Assembly: GCA_963667015.2 (NCBI GenBank)
Contig: CAXXJJ010000004.1
Coordinates: 2,688,001-2,752,000 of the forward strand
From: Desulfatiglandales bacterium
GTDB taxonomy: Bacteria > Desulfobacterota > DSM-4660 > Desulfatiglandales > HGW-15
Direction of reading: 5' to 3'
Length of the DNA: 64,000 nt
Every line of letters begins with the position of its first letter. The stretch's first letter is position 1. Both the position numbers and the translations under genes were made by a program. Below, piece by piece: positions 1 through 11,249 of the stretch. The notes under the pieces are model-generated. The model ran no database searches, was not told the DNA's origin, and saw nothing but the letters and a program-made list of their open reading frames with translations.

Positions 1-141
1 GAGAAGATCAGAACTGCAATCGATTAGTCCCTAATTGACTTCACATAACATTTCAGTTAATCTTCACTTATTATAAACAAATCCGATGCACATCCTTCCT
101 TTAAAAGAGCAGATGCGTATGAATTCAATCAGGTCTAATAT

Positions 142-906
142 ATGGGACATATCTTTGATATCCATCTAGCAAAAGCCTATGAAACCTGGAACAGGTCCCC
201 TAAGGGTCTGCGAATGGAGGCCTTTATTGAAAAAATGATTTCGGAAAACCTGAAACCATTTAAGCATGAAAGTGTCCTGGATATCGGCTGCGGATCGGGA
301 AGTCATCTTCAGCTGGCCCGAAACCGTGGACTGGACATAACAGGTATTGATGCATCACCCTATATGATATCCCTTGCCAGGAACAGGCTGGGAAATCAAT
401 GTGAATTGAAGAAGGCGAAGGCCGAGGACATTCCCTTTGACGACAACGAATTTGATCTGGTTTTTATGATTAACACCCTTGAGTTCCTTGACGATCCACT
501 TTCGGCATTACGGGAGGCAGGGAGAGTTGCAAAAAGAGGTATATTCATTGTCACCTTTAACAGTATTTCCAGATATTGCAGGTGGCAAAAAATATGCGGC
601 TTGTTCAGCAGAAACCTTTTTTCATATATTCGGCCCTACAACCTGTGGGAGATAAAAAAACTGATCAACAGGGCATATGGCCCTGTTCCGATAACATGGC
701 AAAGCGAGTATCTTATTCCTGCACTTTTTAAAAAAATAGGCTCCCCCTTTATCCCCGGCAGGATCGCCATGCCATTCGGCTACCTGATCGGCATCTCAGT
801 AACCCTGAAATACAGATATAAAACCGATAATCTTTTTATCAAAAAAGAAATAAGCAGAAGCAAAGGCCCAGTTATCGAAGGGGTTAATATAAGTCACAGC
901 AAATAG
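142..906 (+). CDS. Class I SAM-dependent methyltransferase
   Basis: VLDIGCGSG motif I, GIDAS, AEDIPFDDNEFDLV; Methyltransf_11-like. Confidence 0.85.
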   Translation: MGHIFDIHLAKAYETWNRSPKGLRMEAFIEKMISENLKPFKHESVLDIGCGSGSHLQLARNRGLDITGIDASPYMISLARNRLGNQCELKKAKAEDIPFDDNEFDLVFMINTLEFLDDPLSALREAGRVAKRGIFIVTFNSISRYCRWQKICGLFSRNLFSYIRPYNLWEIKKLINRAYGPVPITWQSEYLIPALFKKIGSPFIPGRIAMPFGYLIGISVTLKYRYKTDNLFIKKEISRSKGPVIEGVNISHSK

Positions 907-923
907 CATATGGAGGTTTTAAA

Positions 924-1937
924 ATGGTCAAAGAAGCTCTGCTTTATGAAAAATTAACAGATAATAAAGTCAGATGCCTGCTATGCAATCATAGATGTAC
1001 CATATCAGACACCTCTACAGGGATATGCGGAGTAAGGAAAAACAATAAGGGAACACTCATAACACTTGTCTATGACAAAATAGTAGCAAGGCATCTTGAC
1101 CCGATCGAAAAAAAACCCCTTTTTCATTTTCTCCCGGGCAGCAGGTCCTATTCCATAGCAACCCCAGGGTGCAACCTGAAATGCAGTTTCTGTCAGAACA
1201 GCGATATTTCCCAGATGCCTGCCGACAATAACCGGATTATGGGTGAAAGCATCCCGCCTGAAGCGCTTGTTCAAGAGGCTGAAGCAGGAAACGCAGCCAC
1301 CATTGCATATACATACACCGAACCGACAATCTACTATGAGCTAGCAAAAGAAACAGCAATGCTTGCGGCATCAAGGGGTATTAAAAATATCTTTGTTTCA
1401 AACGGATATATGTCTCACGAGTGCCTTGATGACATTTCAGGGTGCCTTCACGGGGCAAATATTGATCTTAAGGCATTTAACGACGATTTTTACAGAAAAC
1501 AGTGCGGGGCAAGACTTGAGCCGGTATTGAATACCATAAAAAAAATAGCAAATATGGGAATATGGATCGAAATTACCACACTGCTTATTCCGGGATTGAA
1601 CGATTCCGAGGAGGAACTCTCAAAACTGGCTGAATTTATAGCCGATCAGAGTACGGATATCCCGTGGCATATAAGCAGGTTTCACCCGACATACAGGATG
1701 CGAAATGTTCCGCCTACATCGCCGGATAAAATTCACCTGGCAAAACAGATTGGAAACAGCACTGGCCTTAAATATGTGTACACAGGAAATATACCTGGTG
1801 ATGAAGGTGAGAAAACCTTCTGCCACAACTGCGGAAGCATGCTCATCGATCGTTATGGTTTTTCTGTCAATTATAACAATATAAAGAGTGGGTTATGTTC
1901 TGCGTGCGGATCTTCTATCCCCGGGGTATGGGAATAG
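924..1937 (+). CDS. amrS: AmmeMemoRadiSam system radical SAM enzyme
   Basis: N-terminal CLLCNHRC..GICGVR, DPIEKKPLFHF, CNLKCSFCQN, YTYTEP, C-terminal CHNC/CSAC. Confidence 0.9.
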   Translation: MVKEALLYEKLTDNKVRCLLCNHRCTISDTSTGICGVRKNNKGTLITLVYDKIVARHLDPIEKKPLFHFLPGSRSYSIATPGCNLKCSFCQNSDISQMPADNNRIMGESIPPEALVQEAEAGNAATIAYTYTEPTIYYELAKETAMLAASRGIKNIFVSNGYMSHECLDDISGCLHGANIDLKAFNDDFYRKQCGARLEPVLNTIKKIANMGIWIEITTLLIPGLNDSEEELSKLAEFIADQSTDIPWHISRFHPTYRMRNVPPTSPDKIHLAKQIGNSTGLKYVYTGNIPGDEGEKTFCHNCGSMLIDRYGFSVNYNNIKSGLCSACGSSIPGVWE

Positions 1938-1944
1938 AGGAAGA

Positions 1945-2694
1945 CTAATAATTAACCATGGTTAAGAATAATCCCTGGGGCGGGGCCTTATAACCTGCCT
2001 TTTTTCTGTCTTTCAACTCAAGTATTTCCCGGAACTCATCACTCGTTATTTTTCCCTTTCCTGCGTCTACTACGGTCCCCACTATATTCCTGACCATATG
2101 CTTCAGAAATCCTTCAGCCTCAAAGGAAAAATGTGCAGTTCCGTCAGGCTTTCGGTCAGAAAGCTCTGCCCGGAATATTTCCCTTACAGGATTGACATTA
2201 CTGGTCCCTGATGATCGGAATGAGGTAAAATCATGCCGGCCTGTTATGCATGCAAGACATTTCCTCATTTCTTCAAAATTAAGATCATCCTTAATATGCC
2301 AGACATATCTGCGTAAAAAAATATCTACTTCTTTTGAATTTAAAATTCTGTACTCATAGGCTTTACTTTTTGCGGAGTACCTTGAATGGAAATCGTGAGC
2401 AACATATTCGGATTTTTTAATATAAATATCATTGGGCAGTAATGAATTAAGGCCGCTTTTTATCGATTCGGGAGGGATGCTGGTCTCAGTTAAAAAATTA
2501 CATACCTGATGCAGCGCATGTACACCTGAATCAGTCCTGCCCGATGCATGAAGTGTTACAGGTTTTCCTGTCATGATACCGAGTTTCTCCTCGATGAGTT
2601 CCTGGATTGTCACTTCATCCTTCTGGCGCTGCCATCCGTGGAAATTAGTGCCTTCATACTGCAGGATCAGTCTGATATTTTTTATTTCATTCAT
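1945..2694 (-). CDS. truA: tRNA pseudouridine(38-40) synthase
   Basis: YEGTNFHGWQRQ, SGRTDSGVHA, GFLKHMVRNIVG, APPQGLFL; start moved to the ATG at 2694. Confidence 0.95.
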   Translation of the reverse strand: MNEIKNIRLILQYEGTNFHGWQRQKDEVTIQELIEEKLGIMTGKPVTLHASGRTDSGVHALHQVCNFLTETSIPPESIKSGLNSLLPNDIYIKKSEYVAHDFHSRYSAKSKAYEYRILNSKEVDIFLRRYVWHIKDDLNFEEMRKCLACITGRHDFTSFRSSGTSNVNPVREIFRAELSDRKPDGTAHFSFEAEGFLKHMVRNIVGTVVDAGKGKITSDEFREILELKDRKKAGYKAPPQGLFLTMVNY

Positions 2695-2720
2695 CCTGAT
2701 TTCCAGATTCAACAAGCCAT

Positions 2721-2750
2721 AAAAAAAGGAAGCCGTATCAGCTTCCTTTT
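2721..2750 (-). terminator. Intrinsic terminator after rpsI
   Basis: aaaaggaagc-N6-gcttcctttt hairpin with a minus-strand T-run. Confidence 0.7.
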
Positions 2751-2800
2751 CAGGTTCTCTAATTTGAATATTTTTATTGTAGAAAAATCCGGTAAAAAGA

Positions 2801-3193
2801 TTAACGCTTTGAATACTGGAAGCGTGCCCTGGCTCCGGGCTGACCGTATTTTTTCCTTTCTTTCATTCTCGGGTCTCGGGTAAGCAGCTCCGACTTCTTA
2901 AGGAGAGAGCGGAATTCAGGATTAATGCTTACCAGCGCCCTGCTGATACCATGCCTGATTGCCCCTGCCTGCCCAATAACTCCGCCACCACGTACATTTA
3001 CGTTGATGTCGTATTTATCCATGGTCTCTGTAATTTCAAGAGGCTGCTTTACAACCTCAACACCAGACTCTCTTGTTATGTACTGATCAAGAGCCTTGCT
3101 ATTTACTGTTATCACACCGGTGCCCGGTTTCATCCAAACACGTGCGATTGAAGTTTTTCTTTTGCCAACGGCATGCCATAAGTCTTGAGCCAT
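2801..3193 (-). CDS. rpsI: 30S ribosomal protein S9
   Basis: GKRKTSIARV, GGGVIGQAGAIRHG, ERKKYGQPGARARFQYSKR. Confidence 0.98.
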   Translation of the reverse strand: MAQDLWHAVGKRKTSIARVWMKPGTGVITVNSKALDQYITRESGVEVVKQPLEITETMDKYDINVNVRGGGVIGQAGAIRHGISRALVSINPEFRSLLKKSELLTRDPRMKERKKYGQPGARARFQYSKR

Positions 3194-3204
3194 TAAGAGA
3201 CCTC

Positions 3205-3633
3205 CTACATCTTTATCAATTGAGGGTTCTGGGCAACATGTGGATGCTCAGAACCTGCATATATTTTAAGCTTTTTTAGCTGACGTCTTCCGAGGCTGTT
3301 CTTGGGGAGCATCCTTTTTACAGCCATATACAGAACCTGATCAGGTTTTTTTTCAATAAGTTTTTTCGCAGAAATCTGTTTTAGCCCGCCCATATAACCA
3401 GTATGCCTGTAGTACATCTTATTGTCCCATTTATTACCTGTCAATGAGACCTTATCGGCATTAATAACAACAACAAAATCGCCTGTATCGGCATGGGGAG
3501 TAAAAATAGGCTTGTGCTTTCCTCGCAGTCGCATGGCAATCTGGGTAGCCAGCCGGCCAAGGATCATATCCTGTGCGTCAACAAGGTACCATTTCTTTTC
3601 TACTTCGTGTTCTTTCGCAACATATGTTTTCAT
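3205..3633 (-). CDS. rplM: 50S ribosomal protein L13
   Basis: [36 protein letters not shown]. Confidence 0.98.
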   Translation of the reverse strand: MKTYVAKEHEVEKKWYLVDAQDMILGRLATQIAMRLRGKHKPIFTPHADTGDFVVVINADKVSLTGNKWDNKMYYRHTGYMGGLKQISAKKLIEKKPDQVLYMAVKRMLPKNSLGRRQLKKLKIYAGSEHPHVAQNPQLIKM

Positions 3634-3784
3634 TTTTATTTATCCTAAATGTAAAATCGAAAAACGAATTAATTAAAGCAATAATCACAATATGTCAAGT
3701 TTTTTTAAGTATTTTTTATTTGAAATTTAATTTTCATCAGTCCGTGTTTCTGACCAAAAGGCCGGAGACAATATACACCAAGAT

Positions 3785-5197
3785 CTATTGGGCCTGCAAT
3801 GGAAGAATGATCCGGATCTCAAAACCCTTTTCCGAATTTGCTGCAAGGGCTGCCCCGCCATGCCTTTCAACAATTTTATGGGTTATGGCCAGTCCCAGGC
3901 CTGAACCTGATTTACCGGATTCTTTGGCCCTCTGAAACGGCTCAAAAATACGCCCAAGATCTTCATCATCGAGCTTTTTATAGGAATTTATGACACTCAG
4001 CTCAACATACCCGTCTTCAGATGAGAGAGATATAAAAATATTCCCGTTTGGCTCGGTATATTTAACAGCATTATCAATGACATTCAAAAAGGCTGTACTC
4101 AGGGAACCGATATTACCCTCAAAACCGGGAATTAATGAAAGCCGGGTATGTATACCAAGATTTTTCCTGTCAATAATTGGTTTAAGCTGATGGATCAGGT
4201 CATTAATTAACTCTTTAATATCAAAAGGCTCCATTTCAAAGCGAACCTCATGCATATCTATCTTTGAAAGCTCAAGTATCCGGCCGATCAATTTGTTAAG
4301 AAGATCAACATCCTCCCTGATATCATCAAGATGCCTCAGATAGATTTCCTGATCATCATTCTCAAGTTTTTCCCTCATTATCTCTTCGGCGATTCTGATC
4401 CTTGTAAGGGGTGTCCTCAGTTCATGAGAGACAAGGGCGGTTAAGGCTTTTCCTCCCACAATCATCCTTTCGACCTTGTCTGCCATCTGGTTGAATGCAT
4501 TACCTAGCTCCCCTATTTCATCATTCCCCTTTATATCAATCCGGTAAGACAGATCTCCGGAGGCTATCCGTAATGCCGACTGTTTCAGCTGTTTTACCCT
4601 TTCGGTAATAAATCTTGATATGGGAATTACAAGAATGGCGATAATGATGCCGACTACCACGAGGCTATATATAAAACCTGTATCCTGCCTTTCAATTTTC
4701 CTTGTGCCAAGAAGGATATGCAGGGTAATTTTTTCCGGCTTCGGGCCTTTTATGGGCGAAACAACATAAATATCACGGGCCTCATTGAAATCCTGATAAA
4801 GACTTATATCCTCGTCCTCATACATATATTTGTAATCATCGGACAGGCTATCAAGTTCTTCAGGAATTTCATCGTCAAAGGATTTATAAAGGGTGCGGTT
4901 ATTGATGCTTATCCATAATTTTGCATTGCTTATTTTTACATATTTTTTAATCAGACTTAAATCTGTATTGCCAATTTCCAACAGATTTATATCTGAACTC
5001 GCCCTGATTTTTTCCTCAACCAGCTCCCTTAAAAGAAGTACTCTCTCAAAGGTATATAACCTGACCTGCCCCTTGATGAAACGCATCCTTGTCTGTTCTT
5101 CTGTAGCATTGTAGATCCCAAAGATTGTAAGCAGTGTGACTATCAATATGAAGGTAAAGGACAGAAAAAATGTTAAATATAATTTAGTAGGTCTCAT
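3785..5197 (-). CDS. Membrane sensor histidine kinase (HAMP-HisKA-HATPase)
   Basis: Two TM segments, HAMP (DEIGELGNAFNQM), H-box VSHELRTPL, N-box NAVKY, GSGLGLAI. Confidence 0.93.
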   Translation of the reverse strand: MRPTKLYLTFFLSFTFILIVTLLTIFGIYNATEEQTRMRFIKGQVRLYTFERVLLLRELVEEKIRASSDINLLEIGNTDLSLIKKYVKISNAKLWISINNRTLYKSFDDEIPEELDSLSDDYKYMYEDEDISLYQDFNEARDIYVVSPIKGPKPEKITLHILLGTRKIERQDTGFIYSLVVVGIIIAILVIPISRFITERVKQLKQSALRIASGDLSYRIDIKGNDEIGELGNAFNQMADKVERMIVGGKALTALVSHELRTPLTRIRIAEEIMREKLENDDQEIYLRHLDDIREDVDLLNKLIGRILELSKIDMHEVRFEMEPFDIKELINDLIHQLKPIIDRKNLGIHTRLSLIPGFEGNIGSLSTAFLNVIDNAVKYTEPNGNIFISLSSEDGYVELSVINSYKKLDDEDLGRIFEPFQRAKESGKSGSGLGLAITHKIVERHGGAALAANSEKGFEIRIILPLQAQ

Positions 5198-5898
5198 TTT
5201 GTATCCACAAACATATAACCTGAGCCCCAGATGGTTTTTATCCTTCTGGGTGCCCCCGGATTTTTCTCAAGCTTTGACCTCAGCTTGCTGATATGCACAT
5301 CTATGCTTCTGTCAAATGCCATAAAATCTCTTCCCCTTGCATAATTCATAATCTGGTCCCGGCTAAGTATAGCATTAGGATTTGACATGAGTACCTCGAG
5401 TATCTTGTATTCAGTCGATGACAGCTCAATCTCTTCATCTTCGTTGACTACCGTCTGTTTGGCCCTGTTAAGGACAATACCTCCCGCCTCAATTAAATTT
5501 TCCGGATCAACACCTGACTCAATCTCCCTATCCTGAAAAGTTCTTCTCATAACGGCTTTCAGGCGTGCAAGGAGTTCTCTCGGGTTAAAGGGCTTTGGAA
5601 GATAGTCATCAGCTCCGAGCTCAAGCCCAACAATGCGGTCTGCATCTTCACCCTTGGCAGTAAGCATAATCACCGGGACACTGTTTCTCTGCCTTATTTC
5701 CCTGAGGACTTCCAGGCCATCCTTGCCGGGAAGCATAATATCCAGTATTACTATGTCCGGTGATTCGGAAACAATAACATCGAGTGCATTATTACCGTCA
5801 GAGAGTGTAAGTACCTGAAATCCGTTTCCCTCAAGATATTCCTTTAAAAGCATCCTTATCTTTGAGTCATCCTCTATAATTAAAACCCTGCCAGCCAT
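5194..5898 (-). CDS. OmpR/CpxR-family response regulator
   Basis: IIEDD, LDIMLPG, GADDYLPKPFNPRELLARL, DRSIDVHISKLR; 4-bp overlap with the kinase gene. Confidence 0.93.
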   Translation of the reverse strand: MAGRVLIIEDDSKIRMLLKEYLEGNGFQVLTLSDGNNALDVIVSESPDIVILDIMLPGKDGLEVLREIRQRNSVPVIMLTAKGEDADRIVGLELGADDYLPKPFNPRELLARLKAVMRRTFQDREIESGVDPENLIEAGGIVLNRAKQTVVNEDEEIELSSTEYKILEVLMSNPNAILSRDQIMNYARGRDFMAFDRSIDVHISKLRSKLEKNPGAPRRIKTIWGSGYMFVDTK

Positions 5899-5912
5899 TG
5901 ATGTCACCTCTT

Positions 5913-5948
5913 TTTACCTACTTTTACATTTTTTTTACATTTTTTTAC
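5913..5948 (-). promoter_or_regulatory. Four tandem GTAAA boxes (CpxR-box-like)
   Basis: TTTAC at 5913, 5923, 5934 and 5944, i.e. GTAAA-N5-GTAAA-N6-GTAAA-N5-GTAAA on the minus strand, just upstream of the regulator. Confidence 0.55.
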
Positions 5949-6528
5949 AAAGCTAAAAAAACATATAAAATCAGCTATGCTATAGATTCAATACAGGCTC
6001 AAAAAGCTTAATACTTGCTTTTTGCATATAACATTTTTTAAATGGAATCTGAAACACTAGTTTTATTCGATTTGCCGATGATGGCTTTATCTTTAAAAAA
6101 ACAACAATATAAACAAAAAAATAATCTAATTGATATAAAATGTTTAATTTGATAATGTTTTTTCAAAATAAAGTCGATTTGATCATTTGGAGGCTAGAGA
6201 AAACAATTAAGGCAAAATGTCATTTTAACGTTAAAAACCATTCAGCCGTGTTTTAAAAAGTCCTTTTCTGAGTAAATACTCACCAGTTTACAATTATTAA
6301 GATAATTTGAGATTTAACTCCCTAAATTATGATCAGGACTACAACAGGCAGGGGTTTTAAAGACAGATAATTAATGAAAATACATAAAGTAACTGTTCAA
6401 ATACATTTCCGGGTTCAGGACAGTCTTTAATTAACCGATAGTCAATTATAATACTCCCGGATGATACAGTGCATAATTTAAGCATTTAATCCCCGGAATT
6501 TCCAGAAGATGGAGCAGAGGTAAAGTAT

Positions 6529-7851
6529 ATGTATAATAAAAATGATTCAAAACCTAAAAACAGAATTTTATTTAGAGTCGGAATGGTCTCAACCATTATT
6601 TTTGCGGGAATATTTATTCTGGTAATCTTTTTAATGTTGAGAAGATCACCTCCGCAGATGCCATTACCTGAAGCAACCCTGCAGGTTGAAGTAATCGATG
6701 CAAAATCGGAAAATTACCCCGTATCCATAACAGGATATGGAGAAGTCAGGGTGCTTAACGAGGTATCGATTACTCCTGAGGTATCAGGAAAGATAGTAAG
6801 AATTCACCCGAGACTGGAAGAAGGAGAAGTTATTTCCAGGGATGAAATTATCTTTCAAATAGATACAAGAGATTATGAAGCCGCCTATGTTGAAGCCAAA
6901 GCTACTGTTACGCAGATGAAAAGTTCTCTTGAACGAATGAAAAGACAGTTTGAAATCGACAAAGACAGGCTTAAGACCATCCAGAGGACCTGTGAATTAT
7001 CCATACAGCAGTACGAGAGAGTAAAACAGCTGTTTGAGGAAGACAAGGTCGGAACCCAGTCTGGGGTCGATCAGGCAGAACAGACATGCAACAACTCGAA
7101 AGATCAGCGCGAACAGATGGAAAAGACGGTCGAACTCTACCCTTTACAGATAGAGGAAGCTGAAAGCAGCCTATTATCAGCACAGTCAAGAATGGATACA
7201 GCGAGATTACGCCTTGAACGATGTACTGTTAGAGCCCCCTTTGATGGACGCATAAAAAGTGAATCTATAGAAAAGGGGCAATATGTAACTCCGGGAATGA
7301 GCGTTGTAACCCTTGCTGATGATTCGATTCTTGAAATCCAGGTCCCGCTTGACAGTCGTGATGCTAATAAATGGCTTCCCTTTGATGATGAACATACCAG
7401 TACTTCAAATGCATGGGTAAAAGGTCTCAAGAATGTTAAATGCAAGGTACAATGGACCGAGTCAACGTCAGATAAATACTGGGAAGGTGAACTGGACAGG
7501 GTTGTTAAATTTGACGAGCAGACCAGGACAGTTACTGTTGCGGTCCGAATTTCCGGTACAGAGGCGCTTTCTATTAATCATGGAAGCCTGCCCCTTGTAG
7601 AGGGAATGTTCTGTTCCGTTGAAATCCCCGGTAAAAAACTTGAAAACGTTTACAAAGTACCAAGATGGGCAGTCAGCTTTGAAAATACAGTCTACCTTGC
7701 AGTTGATGGAAAGCTTAAAACAGTCCCGGTTGAAATCGTAAGATCCCAGGGTGAGGATGCATATATTTCAGAAGGAATAAATCCGGGTGACAGGGTGATC
7801 ATAACACGTTTGATCAACCCTATGGAAAATACAAAGCTGATAATTATTTAG
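6529..7851 (+). CDS. RND efflux periplasmic adaptor (MFP)
   Basis: N-terminal TM, lipoyl halves ITPEVSGKIV / VRAPFDGRI, coiled coil. Confidence 0.92.
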   Translation: MYNKNDSKPKNRILFRVGMVSTIIFAGIFILVIFLMLRRSPPQMPLPEATLQVEVIDAKSENYPVSITGYGEVRVLNEVSITPEVSGKIVRIHPRLEEGEVISRDEIIFQIDTRDYEAAYVEAKATVTQMKSSLERMKRQFEIDKDRLKTIQRTCELSIQQYERVKQLFEEDKVGTQSGVDQAEQTCNNSKDQREQMEKTVELYPLQIEEAESSLLSAQSRMDTARLRLERCTVRAPFDGRIKSESIEKGQYVTPGMSVVTLADDSILEIQVPLDSRDANKWLPFDDEHTSTSNAWVKGLKNVKCKVQWTESTSDKYWEGELDRVVKFDEQTRTVTVAVRISGTEALSINHGSLPLVEGMFCSVEIPGKKLENVYKVPRWAVSFENTVYLAVDGKLKTVPVEIVRSQGEDAYISEGINPGDRVIITRLINPMENTKLIII

Positions 7852-7869
7852 ACGAGAGATTAGAAGATT

Positions 7870-10800
7870 ATGAAATCATTACTGGCAGCTCTGGCTGCAA
7901 ACCGAGTATTTGCAAATCTGATGCTGGTCCTGATCCTGTTTACCGGCATATTTTCTGCATTCTCCATGATAATAGAATCAATGCCTGAAATGAGCCTGGA
8001 TGCCATCAATATATCTGTCTTTTACCCCGGGGCTGACCCTGAAGAGGTTGAAGAGGCCATAAGCAGGAAGATAGAAGAAACAATAAAGGGGATGGAAGGT
8101 ATAGATAAATTTACCACCAACTCCTCAGAGGGTTCTGCATCTGTTTCCATTGAAGTAAAAACCGGATATGACGTTGATGAGCTCCTTGAAAAGGTAAAAA
8201 CCAAGGTCCAGTCAATAATGACGTTTCCGGTGGACGCGGAAAGACCTATTGTCAATAAATTTGAAATGCAAAGATCAGTTATGACCCTCTTTGTCCAGGC
8301 AGATATGTCTGAGCGAAGGCTAAAGGCATGGTCTGAACAGATTAAGGATGAAATACAGAACCTTCCTGAAGTATCCACTGTTTCACTCTTTGGAACCCGT
8401 GAATATGAAATCAATATAGGCGTATCTGAAGAACGGCTGAGGGAATACGGTATAACAATAAACCAGGTTGCAACAGCTATAAGCATGAACAACATGAACA
8501 TGTCAGGCGGGACCATTCGAACCGAGGGTGAAGAGATTCGAATAAGAACCCTGGGCCGAAAATACACCGGCGCAGAACTCTCCAAAATAGTAGTTCTTGC
8601 CAAATCAGGAGGAGAAATAATTACCCTTGACCGTATTGCGGATATAAATGACGGATTCAATGAAGACCCCATAAACAACAAGGTCGATGGGAAAAGGGCG
8701 GTTCTTATAAGGATCTCCAACTCCCTTGAGGAAGATGCCCTTGCAACTGCAAATGCCGTAGCAAGGTATGTTGAAAGAAAACAGAAGTCCCTGCCGGAAG
8801 GAGCAAGGATCAAGGTCCTCGAGGATTCAACCGATGAAGTCCGCTCCAGGCTCGATCTCGTAGTAGAAAACGGAATAATTGGTCTTGTTATTGTCTTTTT
8901 ACTTTTATGGGCATTCATGAATATCAAGATTGCCTTCTGGTGCGGAATGGGTATTCCTATTGCACTGGCAGGCGGAATGACGGCTCTTCCCGGCTTTGAC
9001 GGAACAATCAACATGATGACCACCTTTGCATTTATTCTTATTCTTGGGATAGTTGTAGATGATGCGATAGTTGTTGGCGAAGCCATATATGTACAGCGCA
9101 AAAACGGGAAATCGCCTCTCAGGGCCGCCATTGACGGCACCTATGAAGTCGGAATGCCTGTAGTAGCGGCTGTTCTGACAACTGTTATTGCATTCATTCC
9201 CCTTGCGTTTGTCGGCGGTATTATAGGTAAAATAATTTTCTTTCTTCCTGTAGTTGTTACCGGCTGTCTTTTGATGTCACTGGTTGAATGTCTGGCTCTT
9301 TTACCTGCCCACCTCAACGACCTGTCAGACCCCAATAAAACCGAAGAGAACAGGCAGTACAGGACAAATATAGGGGCCATAATAGGCAAGCTGAATAGAA
9401 TTCAGGAATATACCGCAAGAGGCATGGAAAAATTTGTTGATAAAATATATATGCCTTTCCTTAAAAGGGCACTGGAATGGCGTTATATTTCATTTGCCAC
9501 TGCCATTTCCATACTCTTTATTACCTTCGGACTCATAGCGGGCGGCGTTATTAAATACACCATGTTCCCGAATATTGACGGAGACAGCCTCACCGCAACA
9601 GTAAAATTTCCCAATGGAACTCCTCAGGAGGTAACACAGAAGGCAGTTGACAGGCTTGAAGATGCCTTAAACAAGGTAGGGGCCCGGACAGAAACCAAAT
9701 CAGGAGCCCCCCTTATCAGACACACAATTACTCTTGTAGGACAAAGTCTCGGAGGCAGGGGCGGAGGAGGAGGAAACGGCCCTAACATCGGCTCTGTTCA
9801 GGCACTATTGCTTCCCTCTGAAGACAGGGGGATACATTCAAACGATCTCTCTGTACAGTGGGAAAAGGAAACAGGGCTTATCCCTGGTGTCGAATCCCTT
9901 ACATTCGGAGGCGGAGGTTTCGGCCCCGGAGGCGCCCCAATAGAAGTATGGATACAGGGTTATGAAATGGACATGATACTTCAGGCCTCTGATGAATTGA
10001 TGGAACGTTTGAGACAGTTTGCTGGTGTCTACCAGGTAAAAACAGACTTTACACCCGGTAAAAATGAATTGAGATTAAAACTCAAACCCGAGGCTCAGAC
10101 CTTCGGCCTGACTGTTAATGACCTTGGAAGACAGATTTTTTCGGCATACTACGGAAATGAAGCCCTCAGGATACAGAGGGGGAGAGATGATATAAGGGTA
10201 AAAATACGCTACACCGAGGAAGAAAGGACCAGGCTGTCTGATTTTGAACGTCTTATGATCAGAACATCCCAGGGAAATGAAGTTCCTCTCCTGTCAGTTG
10301 CAGATATCAGTTTTGGTCCGGGGTTTGCTACAATTACACGAACAGACGGAATGAGAAGGGTGGAGGTAAACGCCCAGGTTGATTCCAAGCAGAGCAATGC
10401 ACGGGAGATAATGCATGAGCTTTCTATGAACTATTTCCCGATGCTCAAGGCAAAATACCCGGGATTAACCATATCTGTAGAAGGTCACCAGGCCAGCGAT
10501 GCCGAGTCCTTTGGTGCATTAATGATAACTTATCCAATGGCGCTGTTCGGTATTTTCATCGTCATGGCTGTCATGTTTCGTTCATACATTCAGCCTTTGG
10601 TTATATTTTTCACCATTCCCTTTGGAATAATCGGCGCTATTGCAGGGCATCTGTTACTGGGTGTTGATCTGGCAATAATGAGCGCCTTTGGTATAGTTGC
10701 ACTGACAGGCGTTGTTGTAAACGGTGCAATAGTTCTGATTGACAGGATCAATAAAAACCTGGCCGAGGGTATGCCCCTGTTTGAAGCGGTAGAATCCGGA

Positions 10801-11136
10801 AGTGCAAGACGTTTCCGGGCTATTTTCCTGACTACTGTAAGTACAGTAGGTGCCCTGCTGCCCCTGATCATGGAAACGAGCCTTCAGGCACAGATGCTTA
10901 TACCAATGGCTGTATCGATAGCCGCGGGTGTACTCTTTTCATCAGCCCTTACACTGGTACTGATTCCCAGCCTGTTAATAATCATGAATGATTTAAGGCG
11001 CCTTGTTTCTTACATGTGGCATGGTACCTGGCCGACAAGGGAAGAGGTGGAACCTGCTTCAAGTAGAGATGATGCAGGACTGGAAAAAGACACCCAGCCC
11101 GTTTCTGCGACGGAATTACATGAACTGAAGTCATAG
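7870..11136 (+). CDS. RND efflux transporter permease (AcrB family)
   Basis: 1088 aa, GIVVDDAIVVGE, RFRAIFLT, two TM bundles. Confidence 0.95.
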   Translation: MKSLLAALAANRVFANLMLVLILFTGIFSAFSMIIESMPEMSLDAINISVFYPGADPEEVEEAISRKIEETIKGMEGIDKFTTNSSEGSASVSIEVKTGYDVDELLEKVKTKVQSIMTFPVDAERPIVNKFEMQRSVMTLFVQADMSERRLKAWSEQIKDEIQNLPEVSTVSLFGTREYEINIGVSEERLREYGITINQVATAISMNNMNMSGGTIRTEGEEIRIRTLGRKYTGAELSKIVVLAKSGGEIITLDRIADINDGFNEDPINNKVDGKRAVLIRISNSLEEDALATANAVARYVERKQKSLPEGARIKVLEDSTDEVRSRLDLVVENGIIGLVIVFLLLWAFMNIKIAFWCGMGIPIALAGGMTALPGFDGTINMMTTFAFILILGIVVDDAIVVGEAIYVQRKNGKSPLRAAIDGTYEVGMPVVAAVLTTVIAFIPLAFVGGIIGKIIFFLPVVVTGCLLMSLVECLALLPAHLNDLSDPNKTEENRQYRTNIGAIIGKLNRIQEYTARGMEKFVDKIYMPFLKRALEWRYISFATAISILFITFGLIAGGVIKYTMFPNIDGDSLTATVKFPNGTPQEVTQKAVDRLEDALNKVGARTETKSGAPLIRHTITLVGQSLGGRGGGGGNGPNIGSVQALLLPSEDRGIHSNDLSVQWEKETGLIPGVESLTFGGGGFGPGGAPIEVWIQGYEMDMILQASDELMERLRQFAGVYQVKTDFTPGKNELRLKLKPEAQTFGLTVNDLGRQIFSAYYGNEALRIQRGRDDIRVKIRYTEEERTRLSDFERLMIRTSQGNEVPLLSVADISFGPGFATITRTDGMRRVEVNAQVDSKQSNAREIMHELSMNYFPMLKAKYPGLTISVEGHQASDAESFGALMITYPMALFGIFIVMAVMFRSYIQPLVIFFTIPFGIIGAIAGHLLLGVDLAIMSAFGIVALTGVVVNGAIVLIDRINKNLAEGMPLFEAVESGSARRFRAIFLTTVSTVGALLPLIMETSLQAQMLIPMAVSIAAGVLFSSALTLVLIPSLLIIMNDLRRLVSYMWHGTWPTREEVEPASSRDDAGLEKDTQPVSATELHELKS

Positions 11137-11249
11137 TTATATCGAGCCCGGTATTGTTAGCCGGACGGAAATTTGTATACGAAACCCTGCATTGGAATAT
11201 GTATGGTTAATAGTAAATAAAATCGATCCTGATCATAGAAGGAGATTTA

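Noticed and set aside
924..1937. Complete AmmeMemoRadiSam system
   Set aside because: Only amrS is present here; dispersed partner genes are common, so not notable
8022..9140. 372-aa minus-strand ORF and many similar antisense ORFs across the window
   Set aside because: They are shadows of well-supported genes on the opposite strand, with no motifs of their own
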